Source: Bacteroidales bacterium | GTDB taxonomy: Bacteria; Bacteroidota; Bacteroidia; Bacteroidales; UBA1715 | Assembly: GCA_017552705.1 (NCBI GenBank) | Contig: JAFZOY010000116.1 | Location: forward strand, 24,310-88,309 | DNA: 64,000 bases | Direction of reading: 5' to 3' | Shown: positions 15,569 to 25,481 of the stretch, piece after piece | Layout of the letters: each line of letters starts with the position of its first letter | How positions within the stretch are numbered: position 1 is the stretch's first letter | Notes under the pieces: model-generated | What the model saw: the letters and a program-made list of their open reading frames with translations, nothing else | What the model was told of the DNA's origin: nothing | The model's database searches: none | Made by a program: the position numbers and the translations under genes

Positions 15569-16204
15569 TTATCCCAATATTTTTTTACAGTCCCGCATCT
15601 GTTCTACCGTCATCTGTCCCTTTGCTGTGGCACTCTCCAGCGACACGGCGGCAAACGAGAACGGACTTCCTAAATATAAATTTGCGATGCGGGTGATTTT
15701 TCCCTCTTCGCCCATTGCAAGCGCAACCACATTTTTATAGTCAGCATAGAGCGAAAGCACCCGCGCGCAATCCTCTTGGGTGTGGGCCATTGTCGCCACT
15801 TTCGCTATATCGGCATGTTGGGCAAAACAACTATCAACAATCGACTTCAATTCCTGTAACGAAGGTGTGTTTTCGTAGTTGTGATACGAAATTATACAGC
15901 GGCACCCTTTTGAGTGGGCGAACGCTATGATTTCTTTCTTGAACGATTCTGCTGATTCAATTTCTACGTCAACGTAAGCCGCACCACACGCTATTGCTGT
16001 TTTCAGCAACCCAAGTCGAACCGCATCGGGACAACAATCAGGGCGACATGTTGCAATAGCAGGCTTTTGCACGTGAGAAAACACCTCAGCGGTAGTCTGC
16101 TCAGTCAAACCGCACAAATCTATCCGTATTTCCGACATTTCTGCCGAATTTGCAAGAGCTATAACACTTGCTGGATTTTTCTCTGTTATACTAACGCAAA
16201 TCAC
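15569..16204 (-). CDS. aroD: 3-dehydroquinate dehydratase, type I
   Basis: MICVSITEK...SEIRIDLCGL, ISYHNYENTP, IAKVATMA (Schiff-base Lys context). 14-nt overlap with aroB. Confidence 0.85.
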   Translation of the reverse strand: MICVSITEKNPASVIALANSAEMSEIRIDLCGLTEQTTAEVFSHVQKPAIATCRPDCCPDAVRLGLLKTAIACGAAYVDVEIESAESFKKEIIAFAHSKGCRCIISYHNYENTPSLQELKSIVDSCFAQHADIAKVATMAHTQEDCARVLSLYADYKNVVALAMGEEGKITRIANLYLGSPFSFAAVSLESATAKGQMTVEQMRDCKKILG

Positions 16205-17225
16205 CGATACAAGCAGCTAATTCCGTATAAGACAATTTTTCAACGCAACATTTTCCAATGCCAGTTAGATACACGAAATGTACACTGTCGCCGTCACGTT
16301 TTTTGTCGCATTTCATTACCGCCAACAATTCCTCCGAACTTACATCGCACGTTGTTGGCAAGCCAAGTTTTTCCAGCAACGAAACCAAGCGGTCGCAATC
16401 CGCCTGCAACATTTTTCCTTTCAAAACCGACAACTTTGCGGCAAGCACCATTCCCACACTCACAGCAAATCCGTGAGGCATCTTGGTGATTTTCTCCACG
16501 GCATGTCCAAACGTATGTCCGTAATTAAATATTCTCCGTGCCCCCGATTCGCGCACATCATTGCTTACTACATTTGATTTTATCACAATTGACTCATACA
16601 CAAATGTTTCGAGCACTTCCGAAGAATATTTTTCCAAATCGGCAACGTGATTTTCAATATACGAAAACAACGATTCGTTTGCTATTGCGCCATGCTTTAC
16701 AACCTCTCCCATTCCACTCAGCAACTCGGATTTCGGCAACGATTTCAGAATATTCAGTTCACAAATCACAAATTTTGGAAGGCTAAACGTGCCTATCATG
16801 TTTTTATAGCCTCTGAAATTCACACCGTTTTTCCCGCCCACACTCGCATCAACCTGACTAAGCAATGTGGTTGAAACAAATCCGAACTCGATACCGCGCA
16901 TGAAGATTGTTGCAATAAAACCGCTCATATCACAAACGATTCCGCCGCCTATGCCAAGTATAAACGATGTTCTATCGAACTCATGTTCAATAAGTTGCTC
17001 AAACACGCCATCGAGCGATTGCAAACTTTTATTTGCCTCGCCACGAGGAATTTCTATGATTAAATCAACCTCAGGAAATTGCTCTCCATACAGAGAATGA
17101 ATCACAGGATCTGTAATAATGGCTATTTTCCGATTTTCCGGCAAATACTTCGAGACGTTTGCAAGCGACTCGCCCACATATATCTTCGATTCACCAATGG
17201 AACTTTTTATCTCAAGTTGCTTCAT
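16191..17225 (-). CDS. aroB: 3-dehydroquinate synthase
   Basis: GIGGGIVCDMSGFIA, DASVGGKNGVN, FNYGHTFGHAVE. Confidence 0.9.
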   Translation of the reverse strand: MKQLEIKSSIGESKIYVGESLANVSKYLPENRKIAIITDPVIHSLYGEQFPEVDLIIEIPRGEANKSLQSLDGVFEQLIEHEFDRTSFILGIGGGIVCDMSGFIATIFMRGIEFGFVSTTLLSQVDASVGGKNGVNFRGYKNMIGTFSLPKFVICELNILKSLPKSELLSGMGEVVKHGAIANESLFSYIENHVADLEKYSSEVLETFVYESIVIKSNVVSNDVRESGARRIFNYGHTFGHAVEKITKMPHGFAVSVGMVLAAKLSVLKGKMLQADCDRLVSLLEKLGLPTTCDVSSEELLAVMKCDKKRDGDSVHFVYLTGIGKCCVEKLSYTELAACIGDLR

Positions 17226-17317
17226 TACGCTAAACTAAAAGCTTGGCAAATATATAAAAAAATCCCCACAGACAAATTTCTGTGAGGATGCAAAAAAGAA
17301 CTAACGCAACTTCTTTT

Positions 17318-18061
17318 TTAGAATTTGAATCGAACGCCTAAGGAAACGTGCAAAACAGTGGTCCGATAATAATCAGAATCCTTGATAGTGCTTTCCACTG
17401 ATTCGAAAGCAGGCGAAGTTATCGGTAAAGAAAGCCCGATTTTAGGAACAAAACTGATATGTTCACCACCTACCCTACAAAATGCCATAGGCTCCAAATG
17501 AACCATGGAATATTCCTTATGAAACGATTTTCCATAGTCGTCGGTCCAATCAAACTTATGAAGCGATGAAGACAACCGCATCGACAAGCCCCATTCAAAC
17601 AATTTTACCGCTTGTCCGAAATCAATCTGCGCAAACGCCAATCCATACTTGTTATGATACGCTTTTTCATCAGCGATTCCGTATCCCGCACCCACAAAAG
17701 CCTCCAATTTGTACTTGTCGCTTTTTAGCAAATTATAGCGACCGACAGCAGCTTCGGCATATTTATGGGAATAACGTCCATAGATGGATATGTCGGTGTA
17801 TTTCGCACGCGAAGAATCCTTATGCGTAAAAATATCGTTGTAATCAGTCATATTTCCGAACGACATATTTCCGTTGAGCATTACCGCATAGTTGTCGGAA
17901 AACGCATAATCCAACGAAGCATATGCACTATTGGGACTTAGCGACAGTTCAACTTGTTTTTCACCTTTTTCCTCAAACAAAGGAACATTCGCCATCTGCG
18001 GAACGTACATCGAAGAACATCCGCTCAAAAGGAACGGCAAGAGATACAGAATCTTTCTCAT
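17318..18061 (-). CDS. Putative outer-membrane beta-barrel lipoprotein
   Basis: MRKILYLLPFLLSGCSS lipobox; ends ...LHVSLGVRFKF. Confidence 0.55.
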   Translation of the reverse strand: MRKILYLLPFLLSGCSSMYVPQMANVPLFEEKGEKQVELSLSPNSAYASLDYAFSDNYAVMLNGNMSFGNMTDYNDIFTHKDSSRAKYTDISIYGRYSHKYAEAAVGRYNLLKSDKYKLEAFVGAGYGIADEKAYHNKYGLAFAQIDFGQAVKLFEWGLSMRLSSSLHKFDWTDDYGKSFHKEYSMVHLEPMAFCRVGGEHISFVPKIGLSLPITSPAFESVESTIKDSDYYRTTVLHVSLGVRFKF

Positions 18062-18073
18062 AATCATATTATT

Positions 18074-20806
18074 TTATTGTTTTACAATTTGTTTAGTTTC
18101 TACATTTCCATTTCCTTGAACTACTCGTACCATATATGTTCCAATAGGTAAATCCCCGCAATTCAATTCCACATTTTTATGGAACTTCTTCGACAGGATT
18201 TTCTTTCCTCGCAAATCATATATGGTTACTGTATTGTTGGTTTTATTTGACGAAACATACAATTTATCTTCCACAGGATTGGGGAACATCAGCACTGGGT
18301 CTGAATAATTCACCACCAATGAAAGCAATTCGTCGGGTTCCGATTGTTCATCGTCGTCTGACTCAAAAGAAGTAAGATTGTATGATTTCACATAGCTGCC
18401 GTTTGACTCATCACAATACGTAGTATTTCCGATTTTTGCCGAAAACAATGCGCCATGCTCGATTCGTGTTCCCGGACGTAGGACAATGCTCTCATTTGCC
18501 AACACCGAAGTTGTGGAACCAGATTCCATAACAACATCGCCGTCGTTGTAGGAAACGCCGTCAACACTGTGACCAATATATACACTTTGGCGAGCTTCCG
18601 CAGCCTTTGTATGTCCTTGTTTCATAGTTTCGTTCTCCACATATATTGTTTCGGGAGCTGCCTCCTCCAACATCATAGTAGTCATCTCTTCTGTAAAAAC
18701 GCCAATTTTGTTGTCATCGTATATATGGTCGAGGTTTTTATTTTCCACATACAGCACATCAAACAACGAAATGTCTGATGTCGAGGTTTTTACGTACAAA
18801 TTATTTGTTACGGGCTGGAATGCTCCGCTTTGAGCCAAATACGATTTTACATTGATAGCTGGATTGGCAATCCGTTCCAATCCCAACGAACTATACGTTG
18901 GAATAAAATTGTCAGGTTTGGAATTATAATCGATTTCACCCAAGAACTCTATCAAATCTATATAATCGATTCCCCACAAACTGCCATTGTTACGGAAATC
19001 CTTTAGATTATGCAAATTGCGGATACTTCCAGGAGCATTGTCTATCGGCATAGTATTGTTTACAGACTCACTCCGCGAAGCTATCGTTTGTCCCGATGTA
19101 CAATGAGTAGTGTTCAAAACACGGATGCAGGTTTTATAATTTACCGATTCGCTATACACCAGATGGTTTGTTTTGTTGGGAACCGCATACACCGAGAATT
19201 CCCATGACAAATGAGGAACAGGCACAATGTCGGGAACTAAATACGACAATTTTGGTTCCTTTTCCATCAACAACGAGCCCGCCGAAAAACCTTGTCCAGT
19301 TCCATTGCCGCTTCCCATTGAAATGGCGATTGACCTACATTGTTGCGGAAAGTTTCCGAGAGATTGCAAATCCGTCAAGAAATTAGTCCGATTTCCCGAT
19401 GGCTTTGCTGTTTTCCCCGATGTTGCAGAATGATGGTATAACAACATTTCCTTAGCCGCATCGCTATTCAGCATTGTTTTTTCCGCATCCTGCAATGCTT
19501 CCAATTCATCGAGTAAATCCTGGTTCAAATATTTCACCATATACTGGATTCCAAGAGGAACATTTGCGCCCTCTTGTGGCGAATCCACGGAAATAAACAA
19601 TCTCGTCTGATGGTCGATACCATAATGCTCCATATACGTCAAGGCGTATCTTACAACCAATCCGCCCATACTTGCTCCAGCGATTATGAGTTCATTATTG
19701 GATGTTTTCTCCGCATTGATTTTCTGAATAAAAGCGACCAAATTTTTCGCATTCGGAATGATTGATTCCGTACTGTTTTTCGAACGATACAATATTATGT
19801 CATACCCTTCATTCCGCAGTTTATCCAAGAAATCATTTTTATTGGACACCCGATATAAATTCACCTTTCCCGCCACATCAACCAAACGGTTGTTGTCCAT
19901 TGGGTCAAAACCGGAAACAATTACACACGGCTTGCGGATTGTCCCATCACTATTGCATCTTCCATAAACCGCATATTCGGCCTCAATGGAATTCGACACA
20001 AAGCTTTCCGGTCCGAAATCAGGCTCTGTTCCAAACGAGAAACTTTTCAACATAGTATCAGAATCCCCGCCAGTTATTGTAATTGAACTTGCGCCATAAT
20101 ACACTCGTCCAGAGGCATATATGCGCATTTTCATAGTTTTTGCGCCTGCGGTTTCATACGACACAACCACAGGTTTGCCAATTCCAACTGACACAAACCC
20201 AAGTCCGTCGTCAAAATCAACCTCAACATCCTGAATCGTTCTCGCTTTATTTCCGAACACAAATTGTTCAGGAATAGAGAACGTATAGGTTCCAAGCGCC
20301 AATGTCGTCGCAAATGGAGAAAATGCACAGCATAATTTTTCGTCAAGCACTTGGGTATTCAACGACGAAGCATCGATTACACGTCCCTTCACGGTATCCA
20401 AAACAATCTGGTGATTGGAAACAGCCTCTGGTTTTATCTGGTTATACGAAAACAAAAGGATTCCCATAGAAATTTCAGTGGATGATTCTTCTACAGCCTG
20501 CTCCATAGCTTGTTGGTCAAAATCCACCTGTGTGTAGTCAACATGTGCGAAACAATACTGCCGATGCAACTTCTTCCAAGTCGCAAACGAGCTTGTGTCA
20601 CATTGTTTTGAACCATCATATTTTCCTATGTTCACACTTGGAAACGCCCGTTCTATAAGCAATCCTGTTGTGACTTTTTTCAACGGAATTTCCGAATACA
20701 CATCGGAAACAATCTCCTTGTACCGTTCCATTACGGCATCGGATTGTGCCGTAATTCGAACCGCGTACAACAATATCAAACTGATGACAAATACTATCTT
20801 TTTCAT
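18074..20806 (-). CDS. T9SS-secreted alpha/beta-hydrolase (lipase/esterase-like) protein
   Basis: Signal peptide MKKIVFVISLILLYAVRITAQ. Nucleophile elbow IIAGASMGGLV. C-terminus ...LMFPNPVEDKLYV...VTIYDLRGKKIL...GTYMVRVVQGNGNVETKQIVKQ is a type-A T9SS CTD pattern. Confidence 0.75.
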   Translation of the reverse strand: MKKIVFVISLILLYAVRITAQSDAVMERYKEIVSDVYSEIPLKKVTTGLLIERAFPSVNIGKYDGSKQCDTSSFATWKKLHRQYCFAHVDYTQVDFDQQAMEQAVEESSTEISMGILLFSYNQIKPEAVSNHQIVLDTVKGRVIDASSLNTQVLDEKLCCAFSPFATTLALGTYTFSIPEQFVFGNKARTIQDVEVDFDDGLGFVSVGIGKPVVVSYETAGAKTMKMRIYASGRVYYGASSITITGGDSDTMLKSFSFGTEPDFGPESFVSNSIEAEYAVYGRCNSDGTIRKPCVIVSGFDPMDNNRLVDVAGKVNLYRVSNKNDFLDKLRNEGYDIILYRSKNSTESIIPNAKNLVAFIQKINAEKTSNNELIIAGASMGGLVVRYALTYMEHYGIDHQTRLFISVDSPQEGANVPLGIQYMVKYLNQDLLDELEALQDAEKTMLNSDAAKEMLLYHHSATSGKTAKPSGNRTNFLTDLQSLGNFPQQCRSIAISMGSGNGTGQGFSAGSLLMEKEPKLSYLVPDIVPVPHLSWEFSVYAVPNKTNHLVYSESVNYKTCIRVLNTTHCTSGQTIASRSESVNNTMPIDNAPGSIRNLHNLKDFRNNGSLWGIDYIDLIEFLGEIDYNSKPDNFIPTYSSLGLERIANPAINVKSYLAQSGAFQPVTNNLYVKTSTSDISLFDVLYVENKNLDHIYDDNKIGVFTEEMTTMMLEEAAPETIYVENETMKQGHTKAAEARQSVYIGHSVDGVSYNDGDVVMESGSTTSVLANESIVLRPGTRIEHGALFSAKIGNTTYCDESNGSYVKSYNLTSFESDDDEQSEPDELLSLVVNYSDPVLMFPNPVEDKLYVSSNKTNNTVTIYDLRGKKILSKKFHKNVELNCGDLPIGTYMVRVVQGNGNVETKQIVKQ

Positions 20807-20822
20807 ATTTTCCTACACATAG

Positions 20823-22148
20823 TTATTTTACATCAGACGATTGTATTTCACGTATTTGTTCTTGTAAATCAATAATATACAAGGTCATTTCTTCGATTTT
20901 CCGCAGCAATACGGTATTCATCTCCGCCAAATTCACACTTTGTCCTTCTATACTACTTGCTGACGGCACATTTGGTAAATGTTTGTGTTCCTTCACATAA
21001 GCACTAACTTCGTCAAGCGAAGCGAGATTATAGTCGTCGGCGAACACATAATCAGGCCACTTGTTGCCATTTACCGTAGCAAGGACTTCTATTTCCTCAG
21101 CATAGATTTTCTTTGCATTCACAACGCCGTTTCCATATACGGTGAACGAGTTTCTTTTGTTTGTGGCGTCATAAACCGAGATAGCCTTGGTTTTCTCCGT
21201 TCCGTTCACTGAAAAACCAGTCTTTGTTCCCGTTAAATCCTTGATTGAAACAGTTGTATAGGTAGTCAACAACATCGGTAATTTTGAAGTGCCAATAAAC
21301 ACGGTGCTTGGAGTCCATTGCAATGCAATCTTCTCGATATGTGGTCCATTCACCGCCGAAAGGTTGTTTCGTTGACGGATACCCAACGCACCACCATTCC
21401 AGCCATAAAGCACCGGACCGTCGGTATCAGTGTCGGCAAACAAACGTTTCTGCGGAGCCGGCACATTCGTATTGTCCGACACGCCATAATATCCAAGACC
21501 GGAATGAGGGTCGCAGGCATCACGGAAATAAATATCATTGTTATACAATGCAAATGGCGTTTGGCAGGAGCGTTCCTGATTGATATTCACAAAACTGCTG
21601 CCTTGTCCGCTAACAATTCCAGCTTCTCCGCTTGCATTTGGAGGTGTGGTTCTGTCGAAACCGTTGTTTTGCTGAGCCAACGAGATAGGGAAATAATCTG
21701 TTGCAAACGGATTCGGACACGCGTCAACCGACGATGTTTCACAGTCAAGGCACTGCCAACCCCAACCACTTGCAGCAGCCTCGGAAGGCGTTGGCGAACT
21801 TGGCCACATTTCCTGCAACAACACATAGGTTTTTCCTCCGTAATGAACGGTAATATTTTCATTTTCGGACAGTACATAATGGAACGGAACCCATTCCCCC
21901 GTGTAGCTGCTCGCCACGCTCCACAGCCACGCATTATTCATATCATACGGCGTTGAAGGTGTATAGTTCGACGACGGATTGTCGTTCATATACACCACAG
22001 GCACGTCAACTCCGTTGATGGTCACATCAACCACATCGCCCTTTTTGTAATTTGTTGACGGATTGTACGTGTCGGCATACACCGAACTACACGCATTCAC
22101 ACACACTAATGCTCCCGCGAGCATTCTAAAAAACTTGTTTCTTTTCAT
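20823..22148 (-). CDS. Secreted protein with the Bacteroidota C-terminal 'KHLP..PSA + coiled-coil' module
   Basis: Signal peptide MKRNKFFRMLAGALVCVNA. C-terminus ...YVKEHKHLPNVPSASSIEGQSVNLAEMNTVLLRKIEEMTLYIIDLQEQI resembles tail-fiber-like domain proteins (memory). Confidence 0.5.
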   Translation of the reverse strand: MKRNKFFRMLAGALVCVNACSSVYADTYNPSTNYKKGDVVDVTINGVDVPVVYMNDNPSSNYTPSTPYDMNNAWLWSVASSYTGEWVPFHYVLSENENITVHYGGKTYVLLQEMWPSSPTPSEAAASGWGWQCLDCETSSVDACPNPFATDYFPISLAQQNNGFDRTTPPNASGEAGIVSGQGSSFVNINQERSCQTPFALYNNDIYFRDACDPHSGLGYYGVSDNTNVPAPQKRLFADTDTDGPVLYGWNGGALGIRQRNNLSAVNGPHIEKIALQWTPSTVFIGTSKLPMLLTTYTTVSIKDLTGTKTGFSVNGTEKTKAISVYDATNKRNSFTVYGNGVVNAKKIYAEEIEVLATVNGNKWPDYVFADDYNLASLDEVSAYVKEHKHLPNVPSASSIEGQSVNLAEMNTVLLRKIEEMTLYIIDLQEQIREIQSSDVK

Positions 22149-22304
22149 GGTACTAATTATTTAAATGATTTATACTTGTTTTAGCTTTTTGTTTAGTTTG
22201 TTGTTTGTTTCTCGGTACAAAATTACCCATTTCTCCATTCCGCCTTTGATTTTTTTTGCTTTTATACATAAACAAATCATACTAAATATAAACAACCAAC
22301 ACTT

Positions 22305-22673
22305 TCATCGAATTTTGGAGTAAAAGGCATTTTCAATATGCTCAATCGTATATTCCCCTTTTCGGGCGACAATAGAAATTATGTCAAAACGGACATTGCA
22401 ATCCATCTTCTTCAACTTTATATAATAGTTCGCTGCCGACAAAAGGAGTTTTTGCTTTTGTATGGTGACCGCATCAACTGGTTTCATAAACGTAGTTGTA
22501 CGTGTTTTCACCTCAATAAAAACGACCATTGATTCCTTTTGGGCAATAATGTCGATTTCCTTGTGCGAACAATGCCAATTGGTCTCCAAAATGGTATATC
22601 CATTTTCTTCGAGATACTTTTGCGCAAGGCGCTCGCCCCACGATCCTACCTGTTTTGTGTCTTGAAATTCCAT
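22305..22673 (-). CDS. yraN: YraN-family (UPF0102) endonuclease-like protein
   Basis: MEFQDTKQVGSWGERLAQKYLEENGYTILETNWHCSHKEIDIIAQ...VVFIEVKTR. Start moved to the ATG at 22673. Confidence 0.75.
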   Translation of the reverse strand: MEFQDTKQVGSWGERLAQKYLEENGYTILETNWHCSHKEIDIIAQKESMVVFIEVKTRTTTFMKPVDAVTIQKQKLLLSAANYYIKLKKMDCNVRFDIISIVARKGEYTIEHIENAFYSKIR

Positions 22674-22889
22674 AGTATTACATTGCGACTCAATAACGCT
22701 GCAAAAATAGAGGGTTGTTTTGTGCATGTCAATGGGAAAATAACAAAGCAAATTGAGCTAACACACATCAAATCAACCTATTTGGAATTTTTCAAATTTT
22801 GAAAGAGAGAATTTCTTCGTTAAAAGGCAGTCGAATTAAACAAAAGGTATTATTTCCAGCCCAATTGTTTGGATTTAACAGAAATAACC

Positions 22890-22897
22890 TATATTTG
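22890..22897 (+). promoter_or_regulatory. -7 box TATATTTG of the que operon (with TTTG at 22868-22871)
   Basis: TAnnTTTG match 46 nt upstream of the queF ATG. Confidence 0.55.
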
Positions 22898-22904
22898 TCG
22901 GCGA

Positions 22905-22942
22905 TTAGAGCTTTAAGTTTTTCCTCTACAAACCTAAAAACA
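22905..22942 (+). promoter_or_regulatory. Candidate preQ1-I-like riboswitch aptamer in the queF leader
   Basis: UAGAG (22906-10) pairs with CUCUA (22924-28). Loop CUUUAAGUUUUUC; A-rich tail CAAACCUAAAAACA ends at the AUG. Loop UUUA can pair with tail UAAA. Layout parallels the B. subtilis queC aptamer as I recall it. Confidence 0.3.
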
Positions 22943-23416
22943 ATGAGTAGAACAAGTGACGAATTACAAGGCGTAAGCCTATTGGGAAATGCAAAAACGC
23001 AATATCCCTCAGATTATTCCCCCGAACTTTTGGAGACGTTTGTCAACAAGCATCAAGAGAATGATTATCTTGTAACGTTGAATTGTCCGGAATTTACCAC
23101 GTTGTGCCCAAAAACAGGGCAACCTGATTTTGCGAAAATCATCATCAATTATATCCCCGATAAAGAAATGGTGGAAAGCAAATCGTTGAAATTGTATTTG
23201 TTCAGTTTCCGCAACCACGGCGATTTCCACGAGGATAGTATCAACATTATTATGAAGGACTTGGTGAAAATTCTGCAACCTCGCTATCTTGAAGTGATCG
23301 GAATTTTTACTCCACGAGGCGGAATTTCCATCTATCCGTTCGCCAACTATGCCGACGAAAACCACACTGAATTCAAGAACCAACGTCTGTTGGCACAGAT
23401 GAACAAAACTTTTTAG
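22943..23416 (+). CDS. queF: NADPH-dependent 7-cyano-7-deazaguanine (preQ0) reductase
   Basis: [33 protein letters not shown]. Start set at ATG 22943. Confidence 0.9.
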   Translation: MSRTSDELQGVSLLGNAKTQYPSDYSPELLETFVNKHQENDYLVTLNCPEFTTLCPKTGQPDFAKIIINYIPDKEMVESKSLKLYLFSFRNHGDFHEDSINIIMKDLVKILQPRYLEVIGIFTPRGGISIYPFANYADENHTEFKNQRLLAQMNKTF

Positions 23417-23419
23417 TGT

Positions 23420-24076
23420 ATGGAAAAAGACACGGTATTGATTCTTTCTGGCGGAATCGACAGCACTACCTTGCTATACGAATATCAGGACAAAATTGCC
23501 CTCGCTGTTTCGTTTCACTACGGCAGCAATCATAATGATAAGGAAATCCCTTTTGCGGAATATCACTGTAATCGATTGGGAATTAAACATATAACTATTC
23601 CTCTTTCGTTTATGAAAGACTATTTTCAAAGTTCGTTGCTTCAAGGTGCCGACGCTATTCCCGAGGGTAACTACGACGATGAAAATATGAAATCCACAGT
23701 GGTTCCATTCCGAAATGGCATTATGTTGGCCATTGCAGCAGGATTTGCCGAAACAAATGGTCTGCACCGTGTGATGATGGCAAACCACAGTGGCGACCAC
23801 GCTATTTATCCCGACTGTCGTCCAAAATTCGTCGATGCTATGGGAAAAGCAATTGAAGCAGGCACATACGAGGGCATTACCTTAGAAACGCCCTACACCA
23901 ACCTAAGCAAGGCCGACATTGTAAAACGAGGTTCTTCACTCGGCATCGACTACACGCAAACATGGAGTTGCTACAAAGGAAAAGAAATCCACTGCGGAAA
24001 ATGTGGTACGTGCCGTGAACGCAAAGAGGCATTTGCCTTGGCAAAATTAGCCGACGCAACCCAATACGAAGAATGA
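23420..24076 (+). CDS. queC: 7-cyano-7-deazaguanine synthase
   Basis: LSGGIDSTTLLY, CGKCGTCRERKEAF zinc motif. Confidence 0.9.
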   Translation: MEKDTVLILSGGIDSTTLLYEYQDKIALAVSFHYGSNHNDKEIPFAEYHCNRLGIKHITIPLSFMKDYFQSSLLQGADAIPEGNYDDENMKSTVVPFRNGIMLAIAAGFAETNGLHRVMMANHSGDHAIYPDCRPKFVDAMGKAIEAGTYEGITLETPYTNLSKADIVKRGSSLGIDYTQTWSCYKGKEIHCGKCGTCRERKEAFALAKLADATQYEE

Positions 24077-24630
24077 AGCATACCAACAAGATACACGAAA
24101 TTTTTATCAGTCTGCAGGGCGAAGGATTCCACACAGGAACAGCGGCAGTGTTTGTCCGTTTCTCGGGGTGCAACCTTACCTGCGATTTCTGCGACACCCT
24201 TCATCAAACATTCACACTGATGTCCGACGAAGAAATCGCCGAAACAGTGTCGAAATATGCTGTGGATTGGGTTATTCTCACAGGAGGAGAGCCCAGCCTG
24301 CAAGCCTCCGATCAACTCATTGACCTTCTGCATCGGCAAGGCAAAAAAATTGCCATAGAGACAAACGGAACGCATAGTCTCCCACGCAATCTCGACTGGA
24401 TTACTGTTTCTCCAAAAATATGGGACAAAACTATTGTCAATCAAGCTGATGAATTGAAAATAGTGTTCACTGGCGAAGATGTTGAAGCATGGCGGGAAAA
24501 AATCAAAACGAACCATTGGTTTCTGCAACCTTGCTCATGCAAAAACACAACCGAAACCATACAATACATTTTAAACCATCCACATTGGCGATTGTCTATA
24601 CAAACACATAAATATATTGGCATAGAATAA
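24073..24630 (+). CDS. queE: 7-carboxy-7-deazaguanine synthase (radical SAM)
   Basis: EIFISLQGEGFHTGTAAVFVRFSGCNLTCDFCDT, LTGGEP. Confidence 0.9.
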   Translation: MKHTNKIHEIFISLQGEGFHTGTAAVFVRFSGCNLTCDFCDTLHQTFTLMSDEEIAETVSKYAVDWVILTGGEPSLQASDQLIDLLHRQGKKIAIETNGTHSLPRNLDWITVSPKIWDKTIVNQADELKIVFTGEDVEAWREKIKTNHWFLQPCSCKNTTETIQYILNHPHWRLSIQTHKYIGIE

Positions 24631-24706
24631 AACCTCACAATAATCACGATCAGAAAGCCGTTTTTTGCACGAAATATTTATTTTTGCCCAAACGATAACG
24701 AATAGA

Positions 24707-25342
24707 ATGGAAGAACAAAACTTACAACGAACATCTGTAGAAAAAGCAAACGGACTCACACATTTATTGGGAGCAATTTTAGCAATACCAGCTGGCTGGT
24801 ACGTTATTACCCACGGATTCCAAAAGAGTATCGATGTGGGCGTTTCCATGGTGATATTCTCCATTGGTTTTTTTGTACTGTATTTAGCTTCATTTTTATA
24901 CCACTGGGTTGTAAATCCACAAACAAAATTGTTACTCCGCCACTTCGACCACGCGAATATCTACGTGCTAATTGCTGCTTCATACACTCCAGTATGGCTG
25001 GCGGTGGTTGGCGGCACATTAGGGAAGGTACTCTTCATCGTTATTTGGGCTGTTGCCATAGCAGGAATCATCTACAAGATTATCGCACTTGGAAAATACC
25101 CGAAACTTTCGCTCGCCATATATCTGATTATGGGGTGGTCGGTAGTTTTTGCGGCAAAACCAGTATATAAAAACCTTTCAGCCATCCAGATTAGTTTTAT
25201 CTTGGCTGAAGGCATCTTTTATTCTGTTGGCACATATTTTTATTCAAAGAAAGACCGCCCTTGGTTCCACGTGATATGGCATTTCTTTGTGTTGGCCGGC
25301 ACTGCATGCCACTATGTGGCAATGGTTCCGATTGTGCAATAA
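24707..25342 (+). CDS. Hemolysin III / PAQR family membrane protein
   Basis: Seven hydrophobic segments; LYLASFLYH, FDHANIYVLIAASYTP, HVIWHFFVLAG. Confidence 0.8.
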   Translation: MEEQNLQRTSVEKANGLTHLLGAILAIPAGWYVITHGFQKSIDVGVSMVIFSIGFFVLYLASFLYHWVVNPQTKLLLRHFDHANIYVLIAASYTPVWLAVVGGTLGKVLFIVIWAVAIAGIIYKIIALGKYPKLSLAIYLIMGWSVVFAAKPVYKNLSAIQISFILAEGIFYSVGTYFYSKKDRPWFHVIWHFFVLAGTACHYVAMVPIVQ

Positions 25343-25481
25343 TGCGAAATACCTTCAACAAATTATTTGAATATAATCGCATTTCAGCATCGGTTATAAC
25401 CGTTTCGGTGTTTTTAGGGGAATTTTTTCCAAAATTTTTCCAAATTTTGGGTTGATGCATACGGATATAGTTTGAATCACT

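Noticed and set aside
23971-24528. 185-aa minus-strand ORF opposite queE. Similar cases are 2148-2708 opposite member A, 11925-12296 across a promoter region, and 43224-43753 opposite atpB.
   Set aside because: Each is antisense to a confidently identified gene or spans its promoter, and none has a recognisable motif.
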